From NCBI GenBank assembly GCA_964016885.1, contig OZ024741.1, positions 300,948,001 to 301,012,000 of the forward strand: a stretch of DNA of 64,000 nt, given 5' to 3'. The notes below the pieces were generated by a model that saw only the letters and a program-made list of their open reading frames with translations, was not told the DNA's origin and did no database searches. The position numbers and the translations under genes are program-made. Shown piece after piece: positions 12,132-24,513 of the stretch. The DNA comes from Eledone cirrhosa (lineage: Eukaryota). Numbering within the stretch: position 1 is the stretch's first letter; each line of letters starts with the position of its first letter.

Positions 12132-12299
12132 AAATTTACATTACTCCGGAGTGAACAAACCAACCTGTGCACTTTGTTGAGTGCTCCTACCTGCATACTG
12201 AGGTGTCGGTAAACAACCAACACATACTCAATATATATATATATAGTGTTTTATTATTTCTGGCAATATTATTACAACAATATGACCCTCACCAAGTAT

Positions 12300-12370
<71 letters not shown>

Positions 12371-13500
12371 CTGAGTTGTTTAAATGTTTATTTTATTGGT
12401 AAACTAGATTCTCACTCATAATCTAGACACGTGTTTGTTTTCTTGGTTTATTTCCTGAAATCCTCCACGAAATGGGGGAGATCCTACAGAAATCATAAGA
12501 ATGTAAATAACATGTATTTGATAAATGTTGCCAATGTATTCAAGTGGAATATATCATATTGTATATTTCCCCACGAAATATCCGTTTTCTTTTGCTAACA
12601 TTTTTCCAGTTAACTTACTTTCATGCAACACTTGTAAGTTGGTAACGTAGTAAATATATATTAACCTTTAGTTTCTTCTACAAATACTGTTAACTGCTGT
12701 ATTTCGTTGAATTTCTTTATCAAGAACGTGTTTTAAATGGATAAAAGAAAATATTCCATTATCGGATTTCTGGTTTTACTTTATATTACTGTATTGAAAG
12801 AAAAGTCTTTCTTTCTTCTGTTCAAATGGGTGCCTTTTGGCAAATTCTCAGTGAATATGAACTTGTTTAGAATAAAGTTACTTCAATAGTAAAGTATAAA
12901 GCTTTGTTGTTTATTTATCAAAAGAAAATTAGAAGTTTTATACACTTAGTTAATGTTGTCGGAAATGACTTCATAAAACGATTATTACTTTACAATTTTC
13001 TCGTACAGAAAGAAACACTGTCCAAAAATTGTTAATCTGCTATTGTTCCAAAAAAGGGAATCCTGTGATGTGGGGTAAGTAGATAAGAATAGAACTAATG
13101 CGAATGATCTTAATTATTCTAATGAAGCCATTTATTTACTGAGCGTACTCTACAAAATGTAAGAATTACATGGTTCTCTGATGGAAAATGTACAGAAATA
13201 GCAGGTCCCAATTCTTTAGTTTAGTTCTAATATTTCTATAACTTACAATTCTATAAGTAGAACTTGGTCATATGAGATCGAATATGAAGCGACCGACACA
13301 AGTAGGAGGAATGACGCAAGCACATATACATACAAGCAGTGACATTCTGCCTTATTGAGGTAGTAAAGGTAATTCGAGAGTGTTCTACGAGGAGAGATAA
13401 TAAATTTGAATAAATAAAATACCAACGAGCAATATATGGGGTACATCGAGGCACTTGAACCATACAATGTATATTTTCATTTGTCTAATCGAAATTTATT

Positions 13501-14760
13501 TACGAAGTACACTCTAGCGGTTTTGACACTTTCATCAGAGCCATTTATTTAAATCATATCAACACAAAAAACTAATCACCCTAACATTAGGATCGCCCAA
13601 ATTAGATGCCCTTGTTGTTGCGTTCCAGCCACTTCTGGAAAGCCCAATTGTAGCTTTCCAAGGCGCTTGTCACATCCTCCCTCACTTCCACCACATCCTC
13701 AAAGCAGATGCCCCCGAGTTTCTCATTCAGCTTCAGGAACATCCAGACGTCGCATATGGCTACGTCTGGACTGTAAGGAGGATGAGGATATTGTCCTGGT
13801 GCAGCTTCCACTGACCAGACTTGAAACGATCTGGTCGTCTTTGCGAGGAAATCTCTTTCTGAACTGCCTCAAAAACTCTGCATAGCACTCTTTGTTGACT
13901 GTGTGGCCGTGGGGGATCCAGTGAATATGGTAGGTGATGCGCTTACTGTCGAGGAATTGGATCATCATAAGCTTCCCAGTGGACCTGCTTTGCCTGGCCT
14001 TCTTGGGTCTTGGGGAGTCAGAGTGTTCCACTGGGCACTCTGGTCTATTGGTCTCTGGTTTATAACAGTAGACCCCGCTTCCGTCACAGATTACCAGAGA
14101 CTCGATCACACTTGGATTTGAAGCGATCCACTTGATTGTCTCCCTGCTCAACGCGCTTCTGCCTTTAATCTTCATTGAGCACCGTGGGAACCAACCTTGC
14201 ATAAACTGTTCATATACTCAGATCGTCATGAATGACTGTGCACGGTGCCCTCGGCCACTTCAAATTGCTTAGCAACTACAGGAAGAAATGTACGACGGTT
14301 TTCGTCCAGATATTTGCGAATTTTGTCAACCAATTTGGCGTCCTGATGTCTCTCTCCCTGCCAAACTTCTCGTCGTCCCTCGCCTATTCCCTGTTCTCCT
14401 GGAACCTCTTGTGCCGGCAGAAAACAGTCACCCACATCATAAAAGTTAGTCCGTAAGCAGTTTTGACCATTTCGTAGGTTTCTGCAGCGTTTTTGCCGAA
14501 CTTGACAAAGAATTTATTGCATATCGAGCCTCCATGTTGTCCACACGCCCCGACTGCATTGTGGAACCAGTCACCTCATAAAAGACGGGTCTGATGGGTT
14601 TAAAGTGCTTAGGTGACCCGAACCTTTGACCTGGAAAAAGGAAATTTGGCATGTTGGCTTATTATAACCATATTAAGGATGTATTAGAGTTACAGTCGTG
14701 TAGGTCAATTAAAGGTACCTGAAAAGAAAAGGACGCAAAACGTTTTGACTATATCTCGTT
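13501..14760 (-). mobile_element. Decayed mariner (Tc1/mariner) DNA transposon
   Basis: Fragmented transposase 14535 to ~13602: MEARYAI..., WFPR (WVPR-like), HPPYSPDVAICDVWMF. Degenerate TIRs (TACGAAGTACACTC..GTTTTG / AACGAGATATAGTC..GTTTTG); ~1.26 kb. Confidence 0.9.
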
Positions 14761-15379
14761 GAATTACCGATTATTCTTTACAATCTATATATAATTACAA
14801 CAATATTTGGAACAGTGTAAACTTAAACCAATAAATGTTATTCTCAAATATTTATTCGAGGCTTGCCCATAAGTTGTGTGCAACGAAAACATTACAACTA
14901 TGTGCTGATCTACCACAGTGTTCTAATAACAGGACATTGCATATATCATTTTATACTTGTATAAACTATAATTCGACGAACATACTTTATATGACAGTCT
15001 TGCTATACATTATAATAGTTATTTCACCAGCAAGAATTTGGCACTAAGGATGTAATCGGACGGAATACGTTGAGTTAACAAAGTAGAAAATTATTCACTA
15101 TATTTACAAGCTGAGTGTAATTTTGTAAATATATACATCATTATTGGGACAAATGTAGTTGTTTTCACTCCACTTGTTATGAGATGAAATGTGAAATTAC
15201 TTCCATTCACTTTATCCCTCTTATATGTTTGTATTTTCAATCTTAAAAGTAACGTATATATAGACAAGTAATCATGATGGAATCGTGTGGGGGGACCATG
15301 CTTTTAAACCAGTTGTATCCTATCTTCTATCCATCTCGGAACACTGTCGATTTCTTCTAAAGCGGACGAAAGGGAGAGT

Positions 15380-15535
15380 GTTGTTCATTATAGAGGGTAA
15401 AAATGATCCCGGTACTGGACTGGTAGGTTTTTTATCCCCATCGAAAGGGAGGAAAGCAAATTTGACCTTGGCAGGATTTGAACTCAGCACGATGGATTAT
15501 GTCTGACTTTCTAACGAACCTATTAAGCATCCGAA
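15380..15535 (-). mobile_element. Highly degraded SINE copy
   Basis: TTTATCCCC..GAAAGGGAGGAAAGCAAATTTGACCTTGGCAGGATTTGAACTCAG. Confidence 0.65.
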
Positions 15536-16109
15536 TTTGAAAAGGAGAATATAACATGATAATACTAGATATACTGGCACTATATAAAATCTTGAGTTAT
15601 TTCACTCTGCTCATTTTATTCCTTGGCTATAATAACTAGAATTATTCGTTACTCGTTTTCTACGTGTAAAACCTCACGGCGGATCAATGTAAAACAGCCC
15701 ATATAATGCTATATAATACGGGTGTGGTAAAATAACATCCAATTTACCCCTAAGCATATATATTACTTTTGGCATATCATTTCTCAATTTCATCAAACTC
15801 GTTCTTTTTTTTTCTTTTTTCGTTTTTTCAACGGCGTTATGACTATCAATTTATCGCTACATTTTAATTTTCTCTCTCCTACTACGATGACGATTTAAAA
15901 TAATTTTACGCCAAGCAATTCAGTATTTTACCCGCCAAATATATTTATTTCAATTCATAACAGTAATCTATTTCGATATTAAATTAGTTTTTAAATACCG
16001 AGATGCCAGCAAAACAATCCCTAAATTGTTAAGAACAATGTTTACGTGTTTTATTGAAACGAAAATCATTCAGAAAAAAAAATGTGTTCTTTCATAAAAA
16101 TATAAATAC

Positions 16110-17140
16110 AATAAGTATTTAAAAAATGGGAAATGTATACGATTATTTATATTATGAACAATTATTATTCTCGTAGAATCCTGACACTGTGAAGACATTT
16201 ATCAAAATCTATTATACAAATTAGATATTTGGTATCTTATCTGTCTCACAAGGTCCTGAATCTAGCAGTTGTCAAAACCTATTATATTTATTTTCGAAAC
16301 TTCGAATTATATACAACTTCCAATGGAGAATGCTATGTGTACCTTATATTACATTAATTTGTCTTGTCACTATATATCTAGATATTTGATATTTTTGTGT
16401 TATTTGTTTTTACGGTGCATTTATACACCAAATTTCTATCCAGACAATTATTTTGCAGAGGGCAATCCGGTTTATTTCTACAATTACATTTCGATTTATT
16501 ATTATTTACATTAACACTATTATTAACACCATTATGCTGATTTTGGTTTAGAATTCTACTATTTAGTTTAGCGATGTTTTGGGCCATATTCATAGTTGTA
16601 GAATAAGAAAGCTTAATTGTGTGTCTATTAAATATGGAATGGTATTTATGTTGACTAGGGAAGGAATTATCTAAAGTCTTAAAGAATAGATTAGCTAGTG
16701 GTGTTTTTACTTCTACAGAAGCAGGTGGGAGGCAAACCATATAACTGATTTAGTTCTTAGTTCTTTTCTCCGCTTCATTCACGGTACAGGTGTTTGAATT
16801 ATAATTTTTAGAATTTCGTTTATACATGCCAGTCAAATTATTATTATTTTTATCAGGATTAAGATTCGAATCATTATCGTCTATATATTTTATATTATTT
16901 TTATAACCTGCCTTTCTTAGCGCTTCATTGTAATATCCTGCTTTTTCATCAAATATTGATTTATTAGCAGATATTCTAGTTATGCGTTTCTGTACACTAT
17001 TGACAATTGCATTTTTCACAGATTTAGGGTGATTAGAGTAATAACTAACGTAACTTAAGTTTTCATTGGGCTTATAGAAAGGGAAATAAAAACCAGAGTT
17101 TAAGTTAAGGGTAACATCAAGGAAATTAACTATTTTGGTA
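16110..17140 (-). pseudogene. Penelope-like element: RT thumb plus GIY-YIG fragment
   Basis: IVNFLDVTLNL...YKPNENLSYV..SNHP; RISANKSIFDEKAGYYNEALRKAGY; IFNRHTIKLSYSTTMN; CNCRNKPDCPLQNNCL. Confidence 0.9.
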
Positions 17141-17157
17141 CCTCTAATTTAAGGTCG

Positions 17158-17192
<35 letters not shown>

Positions 17193-17200
<8 letters not shown>

Positions 17201-17583
17201 TAAGAGGAATTCCAACTTTGTCTGATTTACTCGTTTTATTTACAATCCTTTAAAATATATAATGGTATTATAATGAAATAGTATGATAGAATATTAAATT
17301 CTAAGTGTTAATTGAACAAGTACTTTCATGCTTTCGCAATCTTCAGGTTCATAATATGTGGTGACAGTCAAGTTTGCAATTTTCAACTGTTGAAAATTGC
17401 AAACTTGACTGTCACCACATATTATGAACCTGAAGATTGCGAAAGCATGAAAGTACTTGTTCAATTAACACTTAGAATTTAATATTCTATCATACTATTT
17501 CATTATAATACCATTATATATTTTAAAGGATTGTAAATAAAACGAGTAAATCAGACAAAGTTGGAATTCCTCTTATTAATATA
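17193..17583. repeat. Perfect ~390-bp palindrome (fold-back), centre 17388
   Basis: Arms mirror around TTTTCAAC-T-GTTGAAAA. Confidence 0.9.
17425..17463 (+). ncRNA. Minimal hammerhead (identical copy at 17313-17351, minus strand)
   Basis: TGAAC-CTGAAGA-T-TGC-GAAA-GCA-T-GAAA-GTAC-TT-GTTCA. 5-bp helix I, GNRA-capped helix II, palindromic GTAC loop. Confidence 0.8.
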
Positions 17584-17621
17584 ATCTTCTATACACAATC
17601 ATACACACCCGTGTATATTTA

Positions 17622-17716
<95 letters not shown>

Positions 17717-17788
17717 GCGGACTGGCCAGGTTGTAGATTGGACACTTTCTTGTTCACAAGTGTTTTTAGGCCTCATATCATGTTACCT

Positions 17789-17858
17789 TATTTTATCTGA
17801 TGAGAACACATTTTTTGTCCCATGATGATGTTGTTTTCGAAATGCGCATAATAAAATA
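17789..17858 (+). ncRNA. Type I hammerhead ribozyme
   Basis: TATTTTAT-CTGATGA-GAA[insert]TTC-GAAA-TGCGCA-TA-ATAAAATA. 8-bp helix I, palindromic helix III. Confidence 0.85.
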
Positions 17859-18131
17859 TATGGAACTTTTTTAACCATCTTTTAATTTTTTCTTTATATA
17901 TATATATATATATTGTTATACTTGAGGGGGGTCATATTGTTGTAATATTGCCAGAAATAATAACAGAACACACTCACTGTTTAGTTGGTTTTCGCTTCTG
18001 TAACTTTTATATCTCCATACTTAATTTATTTAGAGGTGGTGGCCCTTAAGAATTTGACATAGCTGCAACATCATCAGTGGTAATATTATGTTCCCTCATA
18101 TTGTATTGTAATGTCTACGCCATCTTTTATT

Positions 18132-18170
<39 letters not shown>

Positions 18171-18483
18171 TTCTTGTCTCTCTCTCTGCGCATGCGTTTG
18201 CGTGTGTGTATAATGTTTGGTGAGTGTGTTCGTTTTTGAGTGTATGTGTTTTTGTTTTTGTATTCTATCTTTGTTTACTAGTGTGTGTTTATATGTGTTT
18301 GTTGTTATTGTACTTGTGTATATATTTATTTATTTATTTATATTTCCCTTAAGTCAGTATTTTTTGTTTGGGTATGGTTGTTTTTATTCCATTCATTTTT
18401 TCAGTTTAACTTTGGTCTTCTAAGCTCTACCTCAGTTGCTTCTCTGATTTACCTACCTATATAAAATTATAAGTTTAAAGGAT

Positions 18484-18750
18484 AGTCAGACAAAATTTAT
18501 CCGATTGATGTCTCCATAGTCTGTAGAAATCAACCAGATAAATAATCATTTAAACGGAGCTAAGTTTAAAATGTAACTTTGAAGAAATAACAGATAAATG
18601 TTATCGACTTCCCTCTGTGAGGAACAGTCAGACAAAACTTACCTTGTCTTTCCTCTTAGTCCGTAGAAATTAACTAGACAAATAATCAATTAAACAGAGC
18701 TAAGTCTAAAATATAAATTTGAAGAAAAAATATAGATAAACATTACCGAA
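18484..18750. repeat. Diverged tandem duplication (~142-bp period)
   Basis: AGTCAGACAAAA...GTAGAAAT...GAGCTAAGT...TTTGAAGAAA occurs twice. Confidence 0.75.
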
Positions 18751-18758
18751 AATTCTTC

Positions 18759-18848
18759 CAGTCCCAACTATCGATAGTTTCGCTCCTACTTTGTGGATGT
18801 GTCTAATAGTTTCATTATCCATGAGGCGCCGAACTTTTCAAGAGACTG
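18759..18848 (-). ncRNA. Type I hammerhead, U3-A8 variant with extended helix II
   Basis: CAGTCTC-TTGAAAA-GTTC[45 nt]GAGC-GAAA-CTATCGATAG-TT-GGGACTG. 7-bp helix I; flank 18870-19030 resembles 855-1010. Confidence 0.8.
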
Positions 18849-19142
18849 TCTCAGTTAGGACCTAAGTTTCTAAAGTGATCGCGGTTAGTAATGAATTCGA
18901 AAGGGGTGAGAAACATCACGTGACTAGCGGTCAAGATAGAAGTGTTGTGAAGGGCAGCCGGATGGCAAGTAGGTTCATTGTAAGAAGAAGCAGTTAGTTA
19001 CCGCCTAATGTTTACTCAACCGTAAGGGAGTATAGAATAAATTCATGAGGACATATATATATATATACTTAAACATAGCCACAGATATATATATATATAT
19101 AAGTGTTGGCTACCTTCAACAGTGGGGCTCGATGAATGAATG

Positions 19143-19206
<64 letters not shown>

Positions 19207-19250
19207 ATAAAACACACCACCCGTAGATTTTCACGTCAATTTATTATAAA

Positions 19251-21156
19251 CTAGCAGAGGTACCTGGCGTTGCCCGGTATAACTCTCAATGGAGTAGTCG
19301 TTCAAATGAACCAAAAGACTTCCTTTAAACACGACTATAGAAGTAACAATTCATAGGTGTTGGCCCTAAAGAGGGCCTTTGAACGTTCACTTTGAAATAT
19401 CTCTGCGGCGGTGCTGCCAGCAAAGACGAATCCGATGGTAACAATTTAAAGTTGGTGGCCCTAAAGAGAGCCTTGGATCGTTCACTCTTAAAAGTCTCAG
19501 CGGCGGTTCTGCCAGAAAGACGAATCCAGCGATAACAATTTGTAGTTGGTGACCCTGAAGAGGACCTTTTAACGTTCACTTTGAAATATCTCAGCGGCGG
19601 TGCTGCCAGCAAAGATGAATCCGATGATAAAAATTTAAAGTTGGTGGCTCTGAAGTGTGATCCTATGTCGGACTTGACCGATATAAATAGGAGTGATTTC
19701 GCTCAATGAACAACACTCGAGTTGTCTGATTGGTTACATAATACAAATAAGTGTGGTGAAATCTACTGAACACAACTCACTGATATGTGGTTGGCCAGCG
19801 GTCGCCATTTCGCACTTAATTGAGGTGCAATTAAAAGGTGGAGACAACCGGGTGCAAAAACTAATCAATCATTCGCACAGTCTAGGCATGAGTGTGAAAT
19901 AGCACAATCCATATACAGTAGGCGCTAAAATTTCCACCTAGGTTAAATCGCGATTTCTTGGTTAGGAGTGTGAAATGACGCCAAAGTTCAAGGAAATAAA
20001 TTTAACTCTCCATTCCGCACTTAATTGTGGTGCAATTACACGGGGTAGACAACCGGGTGCAAAATTAAATTCGATCCTTCTAAAGTTAACTAAACAAAGG
20101 GGCTCACTGCCCTCCATAGGGGATTCCCTTGAACAATTCAAGTGATAACGAATGTGTGGTGCTTTATCTTATGGCAGGCAATAACCATTTCGTTTAGTTT
20201 TTGTAAGAATCAAGTATAAACTCCCGAGGCTATGGTGCTTTTTTTATTGTGGCAGTTTGAACTTTTATAGGTTAATGAATTGGGCTCATTGTCCCCGAGA
20301 GGGTCCTCTTGCTGAATTGATATGAAAGTAAATGTGCCTCACTGTATCTTCATCTGTAGTACATGAATAACAACTAAGTCGAAATTCATTTTATTGGACT
20401 ACCAATTATCGAAGCTATGACGCTTTGCTGCATTACAATAGCCAAATTCAATAAATGTCTCGCCGGAGCTTACTGCCCCCTGAGTGTCCCCCTGCTTGTT
20501 CCGGGTATAGACAGTGTCTACAACATCATCTTTAGGCAATGGGTAACCAATGTGTCCTGTAAAGTTAAAATTGAACGTAAATTTCAAAAGTTATCAGGTA
20601 CTAATACAGTGTTAATGTGAACTTCAATAGATAGGTCGAAGGGGCTTATCCCCCCCCCCCAGGTCCCGTTGATAAGTTCAAGTAAACGTTCATGTGTTCA
20701 CTTTCCTTTATAAGCCATGGGCAACCAATACGTCTCGTTTCGTGAAAACCAAACACCAACTCAAGCAGTTATGACGTCTTGTTGCATTAATGATATTAAC
20801 TTCAACAAGTCGGTTTACTGCCCACCAAGGGGTCCTCTACCTGAATTTTTGCGCATGTGCATGCTTGCAAATTTATTTGTAGGCCATAAGCAAACAAAAG
20901 ATTAATTTTTGTGAAGATGGGAGGCAATCTGCAGTAATTATGGGGCCTTTATGCAGTAGTAGCGCTGATTCCAAGCGAGAGGCTTAAGGGGGTTATCTGC
21001 CCCTGGGGCACCCCACAATAAAATAGACTACGACGCGTAACAGGACTTCAGAAACCTGTGTATAAAATTTGGTGCAAATCGGTTGTAAAATGTAGAAATG
21101 CATGCGGTTACACCGACATACAGAGAGACAGACATATTCTGTTTTATATATATAGA
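19251..21156 (-). mobile_element. Non-autonomous Helitron with internal tandem arrays
   Basis: Minus strand starts A|TCTATATATATAAAAC and ends in a GC-rich hairpin (CCGGGCAACGCCAGG) followed by CTAG|T. A^T target, no TSD. Confidence 0.85.
19340..19655. repeat. ~95-bp tandem repeat, about 3 copies, inside the Helitron
   Basis: TGGCCCTAAAGAG-like motif recurs at ~19361, 19456, 19550 and 19646. Confidence 0.85.
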
Positions 21157-21193
21157 TTTCCAGTTGGTTGGTTGGTTCGATAACCGGTTGGTT

Positions 21194-21236
21194 ATCAAAG
21201 TTCTTTCGTCACACATTCTGTGACCTCCTCAGTGAT
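21194..21236 (-). ncRNA. Minimal hammerhead (paralogue of 5206-5250)
   Basis: ATCA-CTGAGGA-G-GTCACA-GAATG-TGTGAC-GAAA-GAAC-TT-TGAT. Helix I shows a G-C to A-T compensatory change relative to the 5206 copy. Confidence 0.8.
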
Positions 21237-22156
21237 TAGGTTGTAATTTTGTGCGTCTCTTCTTTGTTCTGTCCTACACCATCTTGTTTTTGTGTGTTGT
21301 GTCACACAAACACAATATGGTGTAGGACAGAACAAAGGGGAGACATACAAACCTTCCGGTTATCGAAGCAACCAAACAACCGGAAATGTATAGTAAATTG
21401 AAGTGAAATCAACAGGTGCGTGTGGTGTTTTTATCGGCAACATGACGCTCCCAAAGTATAACAATATCTGTTGCAACAAATGTGTTCAGATAAGAAATCT
21501 CGCAAAACAAATTCAAAAACGAATAATATATATATATGTGTGTGTGTATATATATATGAATGTATGTATAGTATATATGGCAATATACCGTATGTTTAAT
21601 TAAAAACATTGAGAAGACCATTCGCTATCGGTTTTAAAGTAGTGCCTATATCCCTTACTTATTTTCAGCGAAGGCTGGGAGAGAGGCTGACAGTTTATAT
21701 ATATATATATACTCTTACAGCTGAAACAGACCAACTAAATACTCACACCCATCTCTACATTTCCCTTCACATCCATGTATACACACACTCTCCCTTATAT
21801 TAACTTACTTTTGCTTACAGCTTCGTACCTCCGAGTACATACACACCACTCTTTTACTTACTTCTATACATACATATCCTCTGAGCTTCGTAAAGACGTA
21901 TAATAACACACACACAGACACACACTGATACGCACGCACGCATGTATACCTCTACATACAAAAGGTTTATTTTGAGGAATTTTCTTCCCATTTCAAATAG
22001 CCGCGCTCCATCAGCCACTTTTCTAAAAGAAGTATATCATACAAAAAACGCCAGCATCAACATATGTGTTTTCCAAGAGATTTTATTTTTCTCTAAAAAC
22101 ATGTTTTCCGATTCCGTCTAACGCCGTCCCTTCAATCTTTCTAATTTCTCATTCTT

Positions 22157-22192
22157 TGCTGTGATGAAGGACTAGCGTCCGAAACGTTAAGA
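22157..22192 (+). ncRNA. Degenerate hammerhead (paralogue of 6662-6697)
   Basis: GTGATGA-A-GGAC-TAGC-GTCC-GAAAC-GT-T-AAGA. Island ~22075-22275 resembles 6590-6782. Confidence 0.55.
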
Positions 22193-22273
22193 CCCTCTTC
22201 CTCCTATTTCAAGCGTTAAATTAATATATTCCTTCTATATACAGTACCGATTGTGTTGTTATTTCTGTTTACC

Positions 22274-22388
<115 letters not shown>

Positions 22389-22417
22389 GAGATTTAATAA
22401 AAACACCATGTTACTTA

Positions 22418-22478
22418 TTCATTCTGACGACCGAAGACAGACATAACATCTGCCTTCAAGAAACCACTGGTAAATGAA
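22418..22478 (+). ncRNA. Type I hammerhead ribozyme
   Basis: TTCATT-CTGACGA-CC-GAAG-A-CAGA..TCTG-C-CTTC-AA-GAAA-CC-ACT-GG-TA-AATGAA. 6-bp helix I; base of helix II mismatched. Confidence 0.75.
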
Positions 22479-22508
22479 ATAATTATCTTATGTTGTTTAT
22501 TACATAAC

Positions 22509-22597
<89 letters not shown>

Positions 22598-22650
22598 TTA
22601 ATATATAAGGGAACAAAAAGTCAGAGTTCCATCATATAAATATTTAATTA

Positions 22651-22740
22651 CATATTACATATGTTTCACTGTCAATCAGCTCAAGAAACGATCTATTAAT
22701 GATCGAACCTGACTCTGGGATCGGAAGTTCCGCAGATATG
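22651..22740 (-). ncRNA. Hammerhead with A6-to-C core change and long helix II insert
   Basis: CATAT-CTGCGGA-ACT[55 nt with nested stems TCAGG/CTTGA and CGATC/GATCG]AGT-GAAA-CATATG-TA-ATATG. Confidence 0.7.
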
Positions 22741-22760
22741 TTTTAACATGTAGACTCGCA

Positions 22761-22823
<63 letters not shown>

Positions 22824-22997
22824 CGTTTCGGAATTTGTTTAGCAAGATTCTTTATCTGAAAACGTCTGGTTGTGGAACCAACATACCAACCGGAAATTTA
22901 TAAATTCCTAAATTTATAAATTTAATTTCATAATAAATTGAAGTGAAAGCTACTGGTGCGTGTGTTTCTTATTGGCAACATGAACCTCCCAAAGTAT

Positions 22998-23045
<48 letters not shown>

Positions 23046-23139
23046 GTGGAACACTGGAAGGTAATATCCGTAGTGGTAGAGCACTAAGTCCAAGGGACGA
23101 GTTATGTAGAAGTGGTTATACAACAGTTAGTTCACCATA

Positions 23140-23179
23140 CCGAGAACAATTGTTTCACCTTCGCGGATCTTCAACTCGG
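23140..23179 (-). ncRNA. Minimal hammerhead, U3 with G8 retained
   Basis: CCGAG-TTGAAGA-T-CC-GCGAA-GG-T-GAAA-CAATTG-TT-CTCGG. Related island at 58205-58350 also has TTGATGA. Confidence 0.7.
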
Positions 23180-23367
23180 GATGTGTATGGTTATAGGAAC
23201 AGGAAGGACAACCGTACTAACTATATATATATATATATATAGCGATTCTTTGCTTAAACTTTAATCTGTTATTTTAATAAATATTTGCTCTACGGTTCTT
23301 ATATATTTGATATATATTTATCCTTATCGAGCCCTCTTTGGATTTTAGTCTTCAAATTTATTATTAT

Positions 23368-23492
<125 letters not shown>

Positions 23493-23893
23493 TGTATGTA
23501 TGTATGTGTGCCTATGTCTGTGTATGTGTATATATATATATACAGAGAGAGATGTTGCGGTAGAAGGAAAGGTAAAGGTAGATAGAGAGGGAGGGGTTTA
23601 CTTCCGAGATGTAGCGTCTATTTTGCTACATATATTCCTTTATCTAGATTTATATTTTGAAAACGAGATGTCATGGATTCATAAAATATCCAATTAATAT
23701 TTACTAAAATATTGAACTTATGTTAGATAGAATATAGCATTCTAATGTTAATCCTTTCTCATATTTCATACTGATAACTAGTAGTAGACTTGTTTAATGA
23801 TAAGTATACTATATGACATTAAAATGTCAAGAATAACGAGATTACTTACAGGCTTCTCTTTGTAAATTCGTCAGCATTATATATACATATGTC

Positions 23894-23958
<65 letters not shown>

Positions 23959-24053
23959 CTATATATATATATATGTGTGTGTGTATATATATATATATGG
24001 ATATGGATATATATATATGTGTGTATGTGTGTGTATATAGATATATATATGTT

Positions 24054-24108
<55 letters not shown>

Positions 24109-24129
24109 ATGTGTATATATATATATATA

Positions 24130-24164
<35 letters not shown>

Positions 24165-24256
24165 TTAACTCTGCGTGTGTGTGAGTGTCCGTCTGTTTGA
24201 AGGTATACTTACATGCAGGCATGTAAGTGTATGTATACGTAAATGTGTTTGAGGGA

Positions 24257-24261
24257 GGTGG

Positions 24262-24292
<31 letters not shown>

Positions 24293-24458
24293 CGTCGTGG
24301 TCGTGGCTGTGGTGGTGGCGTTATTAGTGGTGGTGGTGGTAGTGGTGGTGTAAGTGGCGGTGGGCGCGGTTGCGGTGATGGTGGTGGTGGTCGTGGCCGT
24401 GGTGGTGGCGTTGTTAGTGGTGGTGGTGGTGGTAGTGGTGGTGGTGGTTGTGGTGGTG
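24257..24458. repeat. Degenerate (GGT)n trinucleotide repeat
   Basis: Directly visible; explains the poly-Pro/Gly/Thr ORFs. Confidence 0.9.
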
Positions 24459-24513
24459 AACATTGTAATAACACAGCATACATTAAGTTTCATTGAGAGG
24501 TAACTTGTGGTAA

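Noticed and set aside
16040-16080. CTGAATGA...AAAACACGTA on the minus strand after the Penelope fragment
   Set aside because: The position fits, but both core boxes are altered; too degenerate to call.
18040-18085. CTGATGA on the minus strand in a relative of the 5034 family
   Set aside because: No GAAA box or helix I partner found.
19340-19655. Regularly spaced repeats resembling a CRISPR array
   Set aside because: Whole units repeat with no unique spacers, there are no cas genes, and the context is a eukaryotic Helitron.
23959-24496. Pro/Gly/Thr-rich ORFs
   Set aside because: Products of a (GGT)n repeat.
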